Assembly: GCA_964291265.2 (NCBI GenBank)
Contig: OZ219747.1
Span: 2,400,001-2,464,000 of the forward strand
Direction of reading: 5' to 3'
Source: Alphaproteobacteria bacterium
Lineage (GTDB): Bacteria; Pseudomonadota; Alphaproteobacteria; SP197
DNA length: 64,000 bases
The position numbers were made by a program, and so were the translations under genes. A model generated the notes under the pieces. It saw only the letters and a program-made list of their open reading frames with translations, made no database searches and was not told the origin of the DNA. This document shows positions 31,700 through 41,619 of the stretch, one piece after another (within the stretch, counting starts at the first letter, position 1; the number at the start of each line of letters is the position of its first letter).

Positions 31700-33448
31700 A
31701 TGATCCGGATGCTCACCAGGCTCACCATCCGCAACTTCAAGCGTTTCGGCGCCGTCGATGTCGATCTGGGGAGTCCGGTCGTGTTCGTCGGCCCGAACAA
31801 TTCGGGCAAGACCTCGGTCCTGCAGGCCCTTGTCCTGTGGGAGTTCGGCCTGAAGCGGTGGAACGAGAAGCGTGCCGGAAAGAGCGCGCCCGACAGACGT
31901 CCGGGCGTGACGGTCAATCGCAAGGACCTGTTTGCCATTCCACACCCCAGCGCCCTCCAACTGTGGCGCGGCCTGCACGTGCGCGATGTGCGGAGAGTCG
32001 AAAACCGGCAGCAAACGGACAACGTGCGGATTGAACTCATCGTCGAAGGGGTGGATGAGGACAGGTCCTGGGCATGCGGCCTCGAGTTCGATTACGCCAA
32101 CGAAGAGTCGTTCTACTGCCGCCCCTTGCGCCTCGACCACGACAGACCGCCAGGAAGAATGCCTGTGCCGCGCGAGGCCGCATTCGTTCGCGTTGCATTT
32201 CTGCCTCCCATGTCGGAGCTCGCTGCCAGTGAGACGCGCCTTGACCAGGGGGCCGTCAATGTGAGGGTGGGAGAGGGCCGCACCGCCGAGATACTCCGCA
32301 ACCTGTGCCATCGCGTCGTCGAGGAGGATCCAGACCGATGGGACACGCTGGTGGGACGGATGCAGGATCATTTCGGTGTGAAGCTCGACAGGCCTCTCTA
32401 TGTGGCGGAGAGGGGCGAAATCACCATGGGATACCGGGAGCGTGGCGCGGCCCTTGATCTGTCGTCAAGTGGGCGGGGACTGCAGCAGACGCTGCTGATA
32501 CTCTCCTACATGTATGCCAACCCAGGCGCCGTCGTGCTGCTGGACGAGCCGGATGCGCACCTCGAGATCCTTCGCCAGCGCCATGTCTACAACCTGATAT
32601 CGGAGGTTGCCATGGAGGGCGGCAACCAGGTCGTCGCGGCAAGCCATTCGGAGGTGCTCCTGAATGAAGCCGCCGGCAAGGATCTCGTCATCGCTTTCGT
32701 CGGCAAGCCGCATCGCATTGGTGACAAGACAGGCGAAGTGGCCAAGGCTCTCGGTGACATCGGATTCGACCAGTACTGCCAGGCTGAACAGACGGGTTGG
32801 GTCCTCTACCTCGAGGGCCCGACGGATCTTGCCATGCTGCGCTCCTTCGCCAGGCGCCTGGGGAAGCGTGACGCCGTCCGGGCGCTCGAGAAACCGTTTG
32901 TCCACTACGTCGGGAACAATCCACGTGCTGCGGCGCGTCATTTTCACGGCCTCAGGGAAGCGCTCCCGAAGCTGCAGGGAATCGCACTCTTCGACCGTCT
33001 CGATGGTGGCGGGCCCGTCAGGCCGCCGTTCCCGCACCTCGTCTGGAGGCGGCGCGAGTTCGAGAACTACCTCACCACCGAAGCAACCCTCGATGCCTAC
33101 GCCTGCGCGTCCGTCATGGAGAAAGGCGCATTGCCCCTCTTCACGGCGGCGGAAGTCGACACGCGGCGGACGGCCATGCGCGAGGCGATATCCGAGGTGA
33201 GCGGTGCGCTGGCCACCCTGCACGGCAGGTCACCCTGGGACGCGGATGTCAAGGCAAGCGACGAGGTCCTGACTCCGGTGTTCCGGGCGTACTTTGCCAG
33301 GCTGGACCTGCCCGACCTCATGAACAAGAAGAGTTTCCATGAGCTTGCCGACCATGTTCCCGATGATGGAATTGACCCCGAGATCGGCGAAAAACTGGAT
33401 GCGATCGTTGCCGTATGCGCCGATGCCATACCGGCTGCGGAAGACTGA
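31700..33448 (+). CDS. ABC-type ATPase fused to a TOPRIM-like domain (OLD/AAA_21-like)
   Basis: IRNFKRF, Walker A GPNNSGKT, signature-like SSGRG, Walker B LLDEPDAHL, ASHS; C-terminal LYLEGPTD...FDRLD...REFENYL. Confidence 0.82.
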   Translation: MIRMLTRLTIRNFKRFGAVDVDLGSPVVFVGPNNSGKTSVLQALVLWEFGLKRWNEKRAGKSAPDRRPGVTVNRKDLFAIPHPSALQLWRGLHVRDVRRVENRQQTDNVRIELIVEGVDEDRSWACGLEFDYANEESFYCRPLRLDHDRPPGRMPVPREAAFVRVAFLPPMSELAASETRLDQGAVNVRVGEGRTAEILRNLCHRVVEEDPDRWDTLVGRMQDHFGVKLDRPLYVAERGEITMGYRERGAALDLSSSGRGLQQTLLILSYMYANPGAVVLLDEPDAHLEILRQRHVYNLISEVAMEGGNQVVAASHSEVLLNEAAGKDLVIAFVGKPHRIGDKTGEVAKALGDIGFDQYCQAEQTGWVLYLEGPTDLAMLRSFARRLGKRDAVRALEKPFVHYVGNNPRAAARHFHGLREALPKLQGIALFDRLDGGGPVRPPFPHLVWRRREFENYLTTEATLDAYACASVMEKGALPLFTAAEVDTRRTAMREAISEVSGALATLHGRSPWDADVKASDEVLTPVFRAYFARLDLPDLMNKKSFHELADHVPDDGIDPEIGEKLDAIVAVCADAIPAAED

Positions 33449-33501
33449 GCACCCTTCGGGATGCGGTGAGACCAGGCAGCCGGTTCCCTCCTCCTGGCGT
33501 G

Positions 33502-34311
33502 TCAGGGCGCCAGGAGGACCTCATGGAGACAGCTGGCGATTCCCCGCTGCGGATTCCACTGGGGCGGATTGCCGAGGGAGACCTCCTGGAACGGAATGCC
33601 GTCGAGCCAGGTGGTGGAGCGCAGGTGGAGATGGCCGTAGATCACGGCGCGGGCGCTGTACCGGAGGTGCCATCCCCTCGTTCTGCGCGTGCCGCACCAC
33701 GGGCTGAAACGCGGAATGCGAGGCAGGCGGGCGTGCTGCTCCTCGAGGGGGAAATGATTGACGAGGATCGTCGGCTGGCCGGAGGGAAGGGACTCGAGCC
33801 GGCACGCGGCCCTGGCGCAGAGATGGGCGCACCATGAGGCACGGTCGGAAAAGGGGTCGGGATGGAGAAAGGACTCGTCGGCACACACGACACCGTCCTC
33901 ACGCGCCCAGGCGATGACCTGATCGGCGGCCACGGCCTCCGGGCGAAAACTGTAGTCGTAGAGAAGGAAGAGCGGCACAACGACGGTGCTCTCTCCCGCT
34001 CCGGCATAGATCGGCCAGGGATCGTCCGGCGTCGTGATGCCGTGCGAGCGGGCCATGGCTACCAGCTTGTCATAGAGCGCCTTGCCGCGCTGATCGTCGT
34101 TTCTGGACCACAGTTCGTGGTTGCCGGGAATCCAGATGACCTTCGCGAACTTCCGCTTCAGGACCTGGAAGCACCAGTCGAGGTGGAGGGAGCCGTTCGT
34201 CACGTCACCAGCCACGATGAGCCAGTCCTCCGGCTTGTCCGGAAGCTCCTCGAGGGCGGCCCGGTTGACCGGATGCGTGAGGTGGAGGTCGGAGATGGCC
34301 CAGAGTGTCAT
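33502..34311 (-). CDS. Calcineurin-like metallophosphoesterase (PptH-like)
   Basis: ISDLH, VAGDV, PGNHELW, LLYDYSF, NHFPL, YGHLH. Confidence 0.88.
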   Translation of the reverse strand: MTLWAISDLHLTHPVNRAALEELPDKPEDWLIVAGDVTNGSLHLDWCFQVLKRKFAKVIWIPGNHELWSRNDDQRGKALYDKLVAMARSHGITTPDDPWPIYAGAGESTVVVPLFLLYDYSFRPEAVAADQVIAWAREDGVVCADESFLHPDPFSDRASWCAHLCARAACRLESLPSGQPTILVNHFPLEEQHARLPRIPRFSPWCGTRRTRGWHLRYSARAVIYGHLHLRSTTWLDGIPFQEVSLGNPPQWNPQRGIASCLHEVLLAP

Positions 34312-34790
34312 GATTCGGCGGACCGCGCCGCCTGGTAGCGCCCCATGACCTCGGGAGGCCACGCCGCCCGCGGATCGTAGAAGGCGTCGAAGACCGGCGC
34401 ACCGTCGGCAATGTGCACCCACGGGCGACGGGTCGAGGTGTAGATGTGAACGTCCGGCGCCATGACTCCCTGGTCGTCGAGCGTGCCGACGCGGACGAAG
34501 GAGATCGCCGTGCCCGAGGCGCCGTAGTGACTCCACAACGCAACCCGGCACCGCGGACATCGCACGATCTTCTGGCCCTTGCCGCTTGCGCTCGGCGTGT
34601 CAACCGTCTCGGGCGCGCCGCTCAGAATCTCGACAAGGCTTCTTTCGATCATGGCGTTGAGCGCGAAGGCGGAACCGGTTTCGCGCTGGCACCATGTGCA
34701 GTGGCAGCAGTGAACAATGAGTGGCGTGCCGGTGACGCGGTACCTGACAGCGGCGCAGCTGCAACCGCCTTCAACAGGTGACGGTGTCAT
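34308..34790 (-). CDS. GFA/CENP-V family zinc protein
   Basis: GGCSCAAVRY, HCCHCTWCQRETGSAF, RCPRC, VGTLDD, PDVHIY; GGAGGG RBS. Confidence 0.9.
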   Translation of the reverse strand: MTPSPVEGGCSCAAVRYRVTGTPLIVHCCHCTWCQRETGSAFALNAMIERSLVEILSGAPETVDTPSASGKGQKIVRCPRCRVALWSHYGASGTAISFVRVGTLDDQGVMAPDVHIYTSTRRPWVHIADGAPVFDAFYDPRAAWPPEVMGRYQAARSAES

Positions 34791-34952
34791 GATCCCTCCC
34801 TCTCGGCGCTTGCGCGGCTTCTGACGGGGATTCCGTCGATTCCGCTCGCATTGTCTGATGGTTCCGGGTGTGTGCTCCTCGACCGGCTGGCAAGAAATCG
34901 GCCAAGGGGCTTGTCTCCGCGACGATGATCTCCGCCCCCGCAAACAAATCAA

Positions 34953-35170
34953 TGTCGCACGTTTCCTTCCCGGGCCCAGTCGCACGTTTTCTTCCCGTGT
35001 TCCATGCTTTCCTGCGTCCATGTCTGGATTTTCCTCGATGCGGTCGAGGCCAAGCGCTGCCGCCCGGAGGGATGCCGGCATTGCGGCGGTCGGCTCCACA
35101 GCGCGCGGTATCCGCCCAAGCCGCACGCGCCTGCGCCTTTCCGCAGACACTGTCGCGGCCGCTGCACCCG
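34953..35170 (+). mobile_element. Probable relic transposon end plus decayed first gene
   Basis: TGT followed by 19-bp direct repeats (34954-34972, 34979-34997; 1 mismatch), then a Zn-ribbon-like fragment [18 protein letters not shown]. Confidence 0.45.
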
Positions 35171-35255
35171 TCTCACGAGGCGCGCTCCTGGTGGACGGCG
35201 GCGGAACACCTGTCCTATAAGGCACTCCTCGTCTTCAACAGCCGGAATGTCCTTC

Positions 35256-35675
35256 ATGAAGGAGCGTACACTCTCGATCATCAAGCCTGACGCCACCCGT
35301 CGCAACCTCACGGGCAGGATCAATGCCATGCTCGAAGATGCCGGACTGCGGATTGTCGCCCAGAAACGCACCCGGCTCACCGTTGACGAGGCCAGGACCT
35401 TCTATGCCGTGCACCGGGAACGCGCCTTCTTTGATACCCTTGTCACGTTCATGACCTCGGGGCCGGTGGTCGTGCAGGTGCTGGAGGGCCCGGATGCCGT
35501 CGCCCGCTACCGGGAGACCATGGGAGCGACCAACCCCGACCAGGCCGCGGACGGGACCATTCGCAAGGTGTTTGCCGAATCCGTGGAGGCCAACTCGGTT
35601 CATGGGTCCGATTCGCCGGACAACGCGGCAACCGAGATTGCCTTCTTCTTTTCGGCGCGTGACATCGTCGGTTGA
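35256..35675 (+). CDS. ndk: Nucleoside diphosphate kinase
   Basis: [35 protein letters not shown]. Confidence 0.97.
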   Translation: MKERTLSIIKPDATRRNLTGRINAMLEDAGLRIVAQKRTRLTVDEARTFYAVHRERAFFDTLVTFMTSGPVVVQVLEGPDAVARYRETMGATNPDQAADGTIRKVFAESVEANSVHGSDSPDNAATEIAFFFSARDIVG

Positions 35676-35684
35676 GAGACTCCT

Positions 35685-36329
35685 TCAGGACGCCGGGTTG
35701 ATCAGCATGTCGTCTGGCCGTACCGGAGCATCGACAACGACGCACTCCTCGACGACCCTGGCACGGCCCTGCAGCACGAGATTGAGGGCCAGGGGATAGA
35801 TCCTGTGTTCCGCCACGAGGACGCGGTCGGCGAGACTCTTCTCGTCGTCTCCCGAAAGCACCGGGACGGCGGCCTGGGCGATGATGGGGCCGGCGTCTGG
35901 TCGAGGGCGGACGAAGTGCACCGTGCAGCCGGTGATCATGACGCCGCTCTCCAGGACGCGGCGATGACAGGCGGTTCCGGGAAAGGCGGGGAGCAGGGAA
36001 GGGTGAATGTTGAGGATGCGGTCGCGCCAGGCCTGCGTGAAACCGGGTGTCAGGATCCGCATGAATCCGGCAAGGCAGATCAGGCTGCACCCTGCCTGGT
36101 TCGCCACGTGGTCGAGTTCGGCATCGAAGGCTTCCCTGCTCGCATAGTCGGACGCTTCGACGACACGGTGGTCGATGCCGGCTTTCCGCGCCTTCTCCAG
36201 GCCCGGAGCCCTGGACCGGCTGGACGCGACGACGCCGATGTCTCCGGCGAGATCGCCCCTGGACCGGGCATCGATCAATGCCTGGAGGTTGGAGCCGCGT
36301 CCCGAGATGAAGACGGCAATCCTCGTCAT
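35685..36329 (-). CDS. purN: Phosphoribosylglycinamide formyltransferase
   Basis: ISGRGSNLQAL, LAGFMRIL, NIHPSLLP, GCTVHFV, EHRIYP. Confidence 0.97.
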   Translation of the reverse strand: MTRIAVFISGRGSNLQALIDARSRGDLAGDIGVVASSRSRAPGLEKARKAGIDHRVVEASDYASREAFDAELDHVANQAGCSLICLAGFMRILTPGFTQAWRDRILNIHPSLLPAFPGTACHRRVLESGVMITGCTVHFVRPRPDAGPIIAQAAVPVLSGDDEKSLADRVLVAEHRIYPLALNLVLQGRARVVEECVVVDAPVRPDDMLINPAS

Positions 36330-37381
36330 GCCAGCCAGCCGTCGTGAGCATCAATCAGGACACGCGGTTCACCATCCGCCGATTCGAGGGCGCCGATGAC
36401 CGACACGGTCTCGCCATGGCCTTTCAGGATGCTCTCGACATGCGCTCCGCCATCCCTTGCCGCCACCAGCACCATGCCGACGCCGCAATTAAACGTGCGC
36501 AGCATCTCGCCATCATCGATGGTGTCCCTCGCCAGCCAGGAAAACACCGGGTCCACCGGCCAGCTGCCGACCTCGATGTGCGCGGCGAGGCCGGCGGGGA
36601 GAATCCGGGGAACGTTCTCGACGAGGCCACCGCCGGTGATGTGGGCAATTCCCTTGACATGACCTGTGGAGATGGCTGCAAGAACGCTCCTGACGTAGAT
36701 GCGGGTGGGTCGCAGCAGCACGTCGGCCAGACGCTGACGAGGGGCGAAGGGGGCTGCGCCATCGAGCGGGACCGTCCGTTCGTCGAGAATCCGGCGGACG
36801 AGCGAGAACCCGTTGGAGTGGATGCCGTCCGAGGCGAGAGCCAGAAGGATATCGCCGGCCTCCATGGTGCTCCCGGGAAGCAGGGTGCCGCGTTCCGCAG
36901 CGCCCACACAGAACCCGGCGAGATCGTAGTCCCCGACGGCGTAGATGCCGGGCATTTCGGCTGTTTCCCCTCCGATGAGGGCGCACCCCGCCATCCTGCA
37001 ACCGGCGGCGATGCCGGCTATGACCGTCGCGCCGGTCTGCGCATCGAGTTCACCCATGGCGAGGTAATCGAGAAAGAACAGGGGTTCTGCACCCTGGGCC
37101 AGGACATCGTTGACGCTCATGGCCACGCAGTCGATGCCTATGGTGTCGTGGATGCCGGTGTCCATGGCGAGACGCAACTTGGTGCCGACACCGTCCGTGG
37201 CCGAGACCAGCACCGGGTCGCGGTATCCCGCCGACCGCAGATCGAAGAGACCGCCGAAGCCACCGAGCCTGGCGTCGGCGCCGGGACGCCGCGTGGACGC
37301 GGCGAGGGGTGTCGCGGCATCGACGATGCGGCGCCCGGCATCGAGACTGACCCCTGCATCCTGGTAGGTGAGACCCGTCAT
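36326..37381 (-). CDS. purM: Phosphoribosylaminoimidazole (AIR) synthetase
   Basis: TYQDAGV, TDGVGTKL, GGETAEMPG, HSNGFSL, AHITGGG, RTFNCGVG. Confidence 0.97.
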   Translation of the reverse strand: MTGLTYQDAGVSLDAGRRIVDAATPLAASTRRPGADARLGGFGGLFDLRSAGYRDPVLVSATDGVGTKLRLAMDTGIHDTIGIDCVAMSVNDVLAQGAEPLFFLDYLAMGELDAQTGATVIAGIAAGCRMAGCALIGGETAEMPGIYAVGDYDLAGFCVGAAERGTLLPGSTMEAGDILLALASDGIHSNGFSLVRRILDERTVPLDGAAPFAPRQRLADVLLRPTRIYVRSVLAAISTGHVKGIAHITGGGLVENVPRILPAGLAAHIEVGSWPVDPVFSWLARDTIDDGEMLRTFNCGVGMVLVAARDGGAHVESILKGHGETVSVIGALESADGEPRVLIDAHDGWLA

Positions 37382-37536
37382 GCCGGTCGCTCCCTCACAC
37401 ATGGCTTCGCCGGGCGGCATGCGACATCCGGCAACGACGAGACCGTTGTCCCGGTCTCGCACCCCACCCGCGGCACTGGTAGGATGGCTGCACATTACGT
37501 CATGACCGCATCATTGCAACGAGAGGCCGGCTGACC

Positions 37537-38598
37537 ATGCCTTTGAAGATGTGGAGGCTTGGCCTTGTCACGTGTGCCGTGTTCGTTGCCGCGCCGCCGC
37601 TGGTGGCTGACGGGGAAGTCTTCACGATTTCCGGTGTGGTCGTCGACGAAACGGCCGAAGACACCCGTCTGGCCCGCATGCGGGCTCTTCGCTCGGCTCT
37701 GCACATCGCCTGGAGCGATCTCGCGAGGCGTCTCGTTCGAGGCGACCCCGAGGCCATCCTCGACCAGGAAGACGCCACGCTCGACACTCTCGTGCAGGGT
37801 CTTGAATTCGATGACGAGAAGATGTCGGCAGGACGCTACCAGGCGGTCATCCGCGTCCGGTTCCAGGCGGACGCGGTGCTGGAGATTCTCGGTCGGTCCG
37901 GTGTCAGCCACCTCGGCACACCGGGACCGGTTCTCGTGGTGCTGCCGGTGCTGCAGGCAGGCCCGCAACGTGTCCTCTGGGAAGATTCGAATGCCTGGCT
38001 TTCCGCCTGGCAGCGCTCCAGTGGCGGAAACAGTGCCGTCGAACTCGTCGTGCCCGGCGGGGACCTTCGGGATATCGGTCTCATCGATGCTGCGGGCGCA
38101 CTCTCGCAGGACTGGAGTCTCCTGGCGCCGCTGGTGTCGCGCCATCGCGCAGACGGGGTTCTCGTCGCTCATGCCAGGAAGGACGGGAACATCTTTCGTC
38201 AACGGCTCACCTGGATTGACGAGGACGGAGCAGACCCCGTCCTCATGGCGCGCAACGTGCCGCAGACATGGTCGATGGAGGCTCTCGGCCGCGCGGTCGA
38301 GGCGAGCCGTGCCGGTATCGACGAGCACTGGGCAGCCATGGCGCTGGCGCCGGCCGGTCCGGTCGTTGCCGTCTTCGCCGACATCCCCGTGACAAGCCTC
38401 ACGGAGTGGGTCGATGTGCGCGATCGCCTCGAGAGCGCCCCGGCCCTGCAGGCGGTGGTTCCGCTTCTCGTCTCGACGACGAGAGTACGCGCCAGACTGC
38501 TCTACACCGGAACCCGCGGGGACCTTCTCTTGCGCATGCGTCGAGCCGGCCTCGATGTCGATGCCCGGGCGGGCCTCCTGACCATTGTGAAGCGGTGA
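37537..38598 (+). CDS. DUF2066-like exported protein
   Basis: Signal peptide, VFTISGVVVD, LWEDSNAW; divergent from purM and upstream of hdaA (conserved context). Confidence 0.7.
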   Translation: MPLKMWRLGLVTCAVFVAAPPLVADGEVFTISGVVVDETAEDTRLARMRALRSALHIAWSDLARRLVRGDPEAILDQEDATLDTLVQGLEFDDEKMSAGRYQAVIRVRFQADAVLEILGRSGVSHLGTPGPVLVVLPVLQAGPQRVLWEDSNAWLSAWQRSSGGNSAVELVVPGGDLRDIGLIDAAGALSQDWSLLAPLVSRHRADGVLVAHARKDGNIFRQRLTWIDEDGADPVLMARNVPQTWSMEALGRAVEASRAGIDEHWAAMALAPAGPVVAVFADIPVTSLTEWVDVRDRLESAPALQAVVPLLVSTTRVRARLLYTGTRGDLLLRMRRAGLDVDARAGLLTIVKR

Positions 38599-39278
38599 AC
38601 CAGTACGTCTTCGAATACGATCACCAACCGGCCTTCGATGAGGCGGAGTTCCTCGTCGCCGACAGCAATGCCGAAGCCAGGGCCTGGATCGATCGTTGGC
38701 CGGACTGGGATGGTCGGGGTCTCGCCATCTGGGGCCCCAGAGGGTCGGGCAAGTCACACCTGGCGGACATCTGGCGTCGAAGGAGCGGCGCCAGGCAGGT
38801 GAACGCTGCCGAGATTGACCCGGACTTCTTCGCCTCCTGGCAATGCAGCAATCTGGTCCTGCAGGAGCCGGCAGGCGGCTTCAGCGAATCCGGTCTGCTG
38901 CATGTCGTCAATCTCGTGAAAGAGGAGGGCGGGTACCTCCTCATCACGGATACGGCGCCGCCCGCTCGTTGGCGCGTCTCTTTGCCCGATCTTCGTTCGC
39001 GGCTGGCGGCATTGCCGGCGGTGGCGATCGGCCGACCGGAGGACGACCTGATTGCCGCCGTGCTGTCGAAACAGTTCCGCGACCGCCAGATCACGGTCGG
39101 TGACGGAGTTATCTCATATCTCGTCGTGCGCATGGAACGGTCCTTTGACGCCATCGGCGTCATCGTCGAGACTCTCGACCGGCTGTCGCTCGTCGAGAAG
39201 AGGCCGATCACCGTGCCCCGGGCCAGGCGTGCGCTCGAGACGGCATTTCTGAACTCATCACCCGACGGGGAGACATGA
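38595..39278 (+). CDS. hdaA: DnaA regulatory inactivator HdaA
   Basis: N-terminal clamp-binding-like QYVFEY, FLVADSN, GPRGSGKSHL, LPDLRSRL, RMERSF. Confidence 0.88.
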   Translation: MNQYVFEYDHQPAFDEAEFLVADSNAEARAWIDRWPDWDGRGLAIWGPRGSGKSHLADIWRRRSGARQVNAAEIDPDFFASWQCSNLVLQEPAGGFSESGLLHVVNLVKEEGGYLLITDTAPPARWRVSLPDLRSRLAALPAVAIGRPEDDLIAAVLSKQFRDRQITVGDGVISYLVVRMERSFDAIGVIVETLDRLSLVEKRPITVPRARRALETAFLNSSPDGET

Positions 39279-40060
39279 CGATGAAGACAGGTCTGGCAGG
39301 CCGCAAGGCCATCGTGTGTGCATCGAGCAAGGGCCTGGGACGGGCCTGCGCCGAGGCCTTGGCCGCCGAAGGGTGCGACGTGCTGATCAACGGCCGCACG
39401 GTCGAGACGGTGACCGAGACGGCGGCGGCGATCAGGAAGGCATGCCCGGAAGTCGAAGTCAGGGAAGTCCCCGGCGATGTCACGCAGGGAGATGTGCAGG
39501 AGGCCCTGGTTCATGCTTGGGATGCGCCTGACATTCTCGTCAACAATGCCGGCGGCCCACCGCCTGGCGATTTTCGCGCGTGGGAGAGGGGGGACTGGAT
39601 CCGCGCTCTCGATGCCAACATGCTGACCGCCATCATGCTGATCAGGGCGACGGTGGACGGCATGATGGAGCGGGGATTCGGGCGCATCGTCAACATCACG
39701 TCGGCGGCGGTGAAGTCGCCCATCGAGACACTCGGCCTGTCCAACGGCGCGCGTGCCGGATTGACAGGATTCTGTGCCGGTCTCGCTCGCCAGACCGTGG
39801 CCCGCAACGTGACCATCAACGGTCTGCTCCCGGGGCCCTTCGCGACCGACCGGTTGCGCCAGACCATGACCGGGCGCATGGAGTCGGGAATGAGCCTGGA
39901 GGAAGCCATGGCGCGCGAGGCCCGCGGCAATCCGGCGGGGCGTTTCGGTGAACCGGATGAATTCGGCGCGGCCTGCGTGTTCCTGTGCAGCGCAAGGGCC
40001 GGGTTCATCACCGGCCAGAATCTGGTGCTCGACGGCGGCGCCTTCAGGGGCACGCTCTAG
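39275..40060 (+). CDS. Short-chain dehydrogenase/reductase
   Basis: ASSKGLG, DILVNNAGGPPPG, LSNGAR, FITGQNLVLDGG. Confidence 0.9.
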   Translation: MTMKTGLAGRKAIVCASSKGLGRACAEALAAEGCDVLINGRTVETVTETAAAIRKACPEVEVREVPGDVTQGDVQEALVHAWDAPDILVNNAGGPPPGDFRAWERGDWIRALDANMLTAIMLIRATVDGMMERGFGRIVNITSAAVKSPIETLGLSNGARAGLTGFCAGLARQTVARNVTINGLLPGPFATDRLRQTMTGRMESGMSLEEAMAREARGNPAGRFGEPDEFGAACVFLCSARAGFITGQNLVLDGGAFRGTL

Positions 40061-40264
40061 GCGCTCGGGCAGGGGAGATCATTCGCCTGTCTGCGTGGCG
40101 CGAGCGCTGTCCCATCCAACTTTGGACGAAGCGTTCGCAAGGCGCGATGCGGAAAACAACGTCCTGGGCTCTCGATGCGCATCTGTTCATCGCCGAAGCC
40201 GGCTGGGATGCGAGGCCTCGCGGGATTCCCGGATCCGGCATCATCGCCCGTGGCGTGCGGCGGG

Positions 40265-41134
40265 TCAGCGTCGCCTCGCGAAAGACCTTCTCACGAGGGA
40301 GGGAATCGGTCGCAGGAAGGATTCGACGTACCGGGCGCGGGACAGAATGACCCGTTCAGCCAGCGGGTCGCGGCGGTCGAGTTCCGCTCTGAGTTTCCCG
40401 GCAATCGTGACGATCACGGCGCATTCCATGGAAAAACGCAGCCCCCGGACCCGGTCGGGCAACGGTGCTGCCCGTTCCAGCAGGTCTCCGGTGGCAGCAA
40501 GGCAGCGGTCGAGAACACGGCGCATGGCGGCTGTCGAGCGGCCGCGGTCAAGGGCCTCGACGCCGATGCCGGCTTCGCGAAACCACGCAAGGGGGATGTA
40601 GACCCTGTCGAGGCGGGTGCGATCCGTCTTGCAGTCCTGCAGGTGATTGAGCACCTGAAGGGCGCTGCAGAGACTGTCCGAAGCCTCGTAGGCAGAGTCC
40701 GGTTCGCCGTGGAGGTCGATGAGGTAGCGTCCCACGGGCGCCGCCGAGCGAGAGCAGTAGTTCAGGAGATCGTCCCAGGTTTCGTAGCGCCATGTCGTTG
40801 CGTCCTGGCGAAAGGCGTCCAGAAGATCGATCGCGTGGCGGTTCGACACACCGGTCTCACCGAGACTTCGGGCGAGAGCGAGCGCCGAAGAGGGCGCAGC
40901 GGAGTCTGCCCGAGGGTTGACGAGGGCCCGGGCGAAGAGGTCGAGGCGGGCGATCTTGTCGTCCGTCCCGAGTTCCGGGTTGTCGGCAATGTCGTCGGCG
41001 GCCCGGGCGAAGGCGTAGAAGAGATGCGCATGGCGGCGGAAGGGGCGGGCCATCAGACGCGAGGCAACGGGAAAGTTCTCGTCTCCGGCATCCTTGCCGG
41101 ATGGGGTTTCGGGCTGTTCCCGCAAACGCGTCAC
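40265..41134 (-). CDS. hpnC: Squalene synthase HpnC (hydroxysqualene synthase)
   Basis: [54 protein letters not shown]; GTG overlaps rnhA stop. Confidence 0.9.
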   Translation of the reverse strand: MTRLREQPETPSGKDAGDENFPVASRLMARPFRRHAHLFYAFARAADDIADNPELGTDDKIARLDLFARALVNPRADSAAPSSALALARSLGETGVSNRHAIDLLDAFRQDATTWRYETWDDLLNYCSRSAAPVGRYLIDLHGEPDSAYEASDSLCSALQVLNHLQDCKTDRTRLDRVYIPLAWFREAGIGVEALDRGRSTAAMRRVLDRCLAATGDLLERAAPLPDRVRGLRFSMECAVIVTIAGKLRAELDRRDPLAERVILSRARYVESFLRPIPSLVRRSFARRR

Positions 41135-41619
41135 GGTGCGCCCTGCTGTCGGGCGCCCCTGTTGGCGTGTCGCTGCATTCCCTTGCGCGCCAAGCGGTCG
41201 GCGCATTCGTTGCCGGGATCGCCGGCATGCCCCCTGACCCATTGCCAGTCGACCTTGTAACGGGCGATCAGTGAATCGAGCGTGCGCCACAGGTCGGCAT
41301 TCTTGACCGGCTGGCGGCTGGCGGTGGTCCAGCCGTTGGCCTTCCAGCGGTGAATCCACGATGTGATTCCCTGGCGCAGGTACTGGCTGTCGGTGAAGAG
41401 GGTGACCGGGGCCGGTCGGCAGAGCGCTTCCAGGGCGCGGATTGCTGCGGTCAGTTCCATGCGGTTGGAGGTGGTCCAGTCTTCCCCGCCGCAGATTTCC
41501 TTCCTGTGCCCGTGCCACTCGAGCAATGCCCCCCAGCCTCCCGGTCCGGGATTGCCGGAACAGGCGCCGTCGGTGTGGATCACGATGTAGTCGGGCGCCG
41601 AGGTCACGGGTTCAGCCAA
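41131..41619 (-). CDS. rnhA: Ribonuclease HI
   Basis: [39 protein letters not shown]. Confidence 0.97.
   Translation of the reverse strand: MAEPVTSAPDYIVIHTDGACSGNPGPGGWGALLEWHGHRKEICGGEDWTTSNRMELTAAIRALEALCRPAPVTLFTDSQYLRQGITSWIHRWKANGWTTASRQPVKNADLWRTLDSLIARYKVDWQWVRGHAGDPGNECADRLARKGMQRHANRGARQQGAP

Noticed and set aside
40061-40264. Possible IS remnant or terminator between the SDR and hpnC
   Set aside because: Only weak GC-rich hairpins without a U-tract; no terminal repeats recognised
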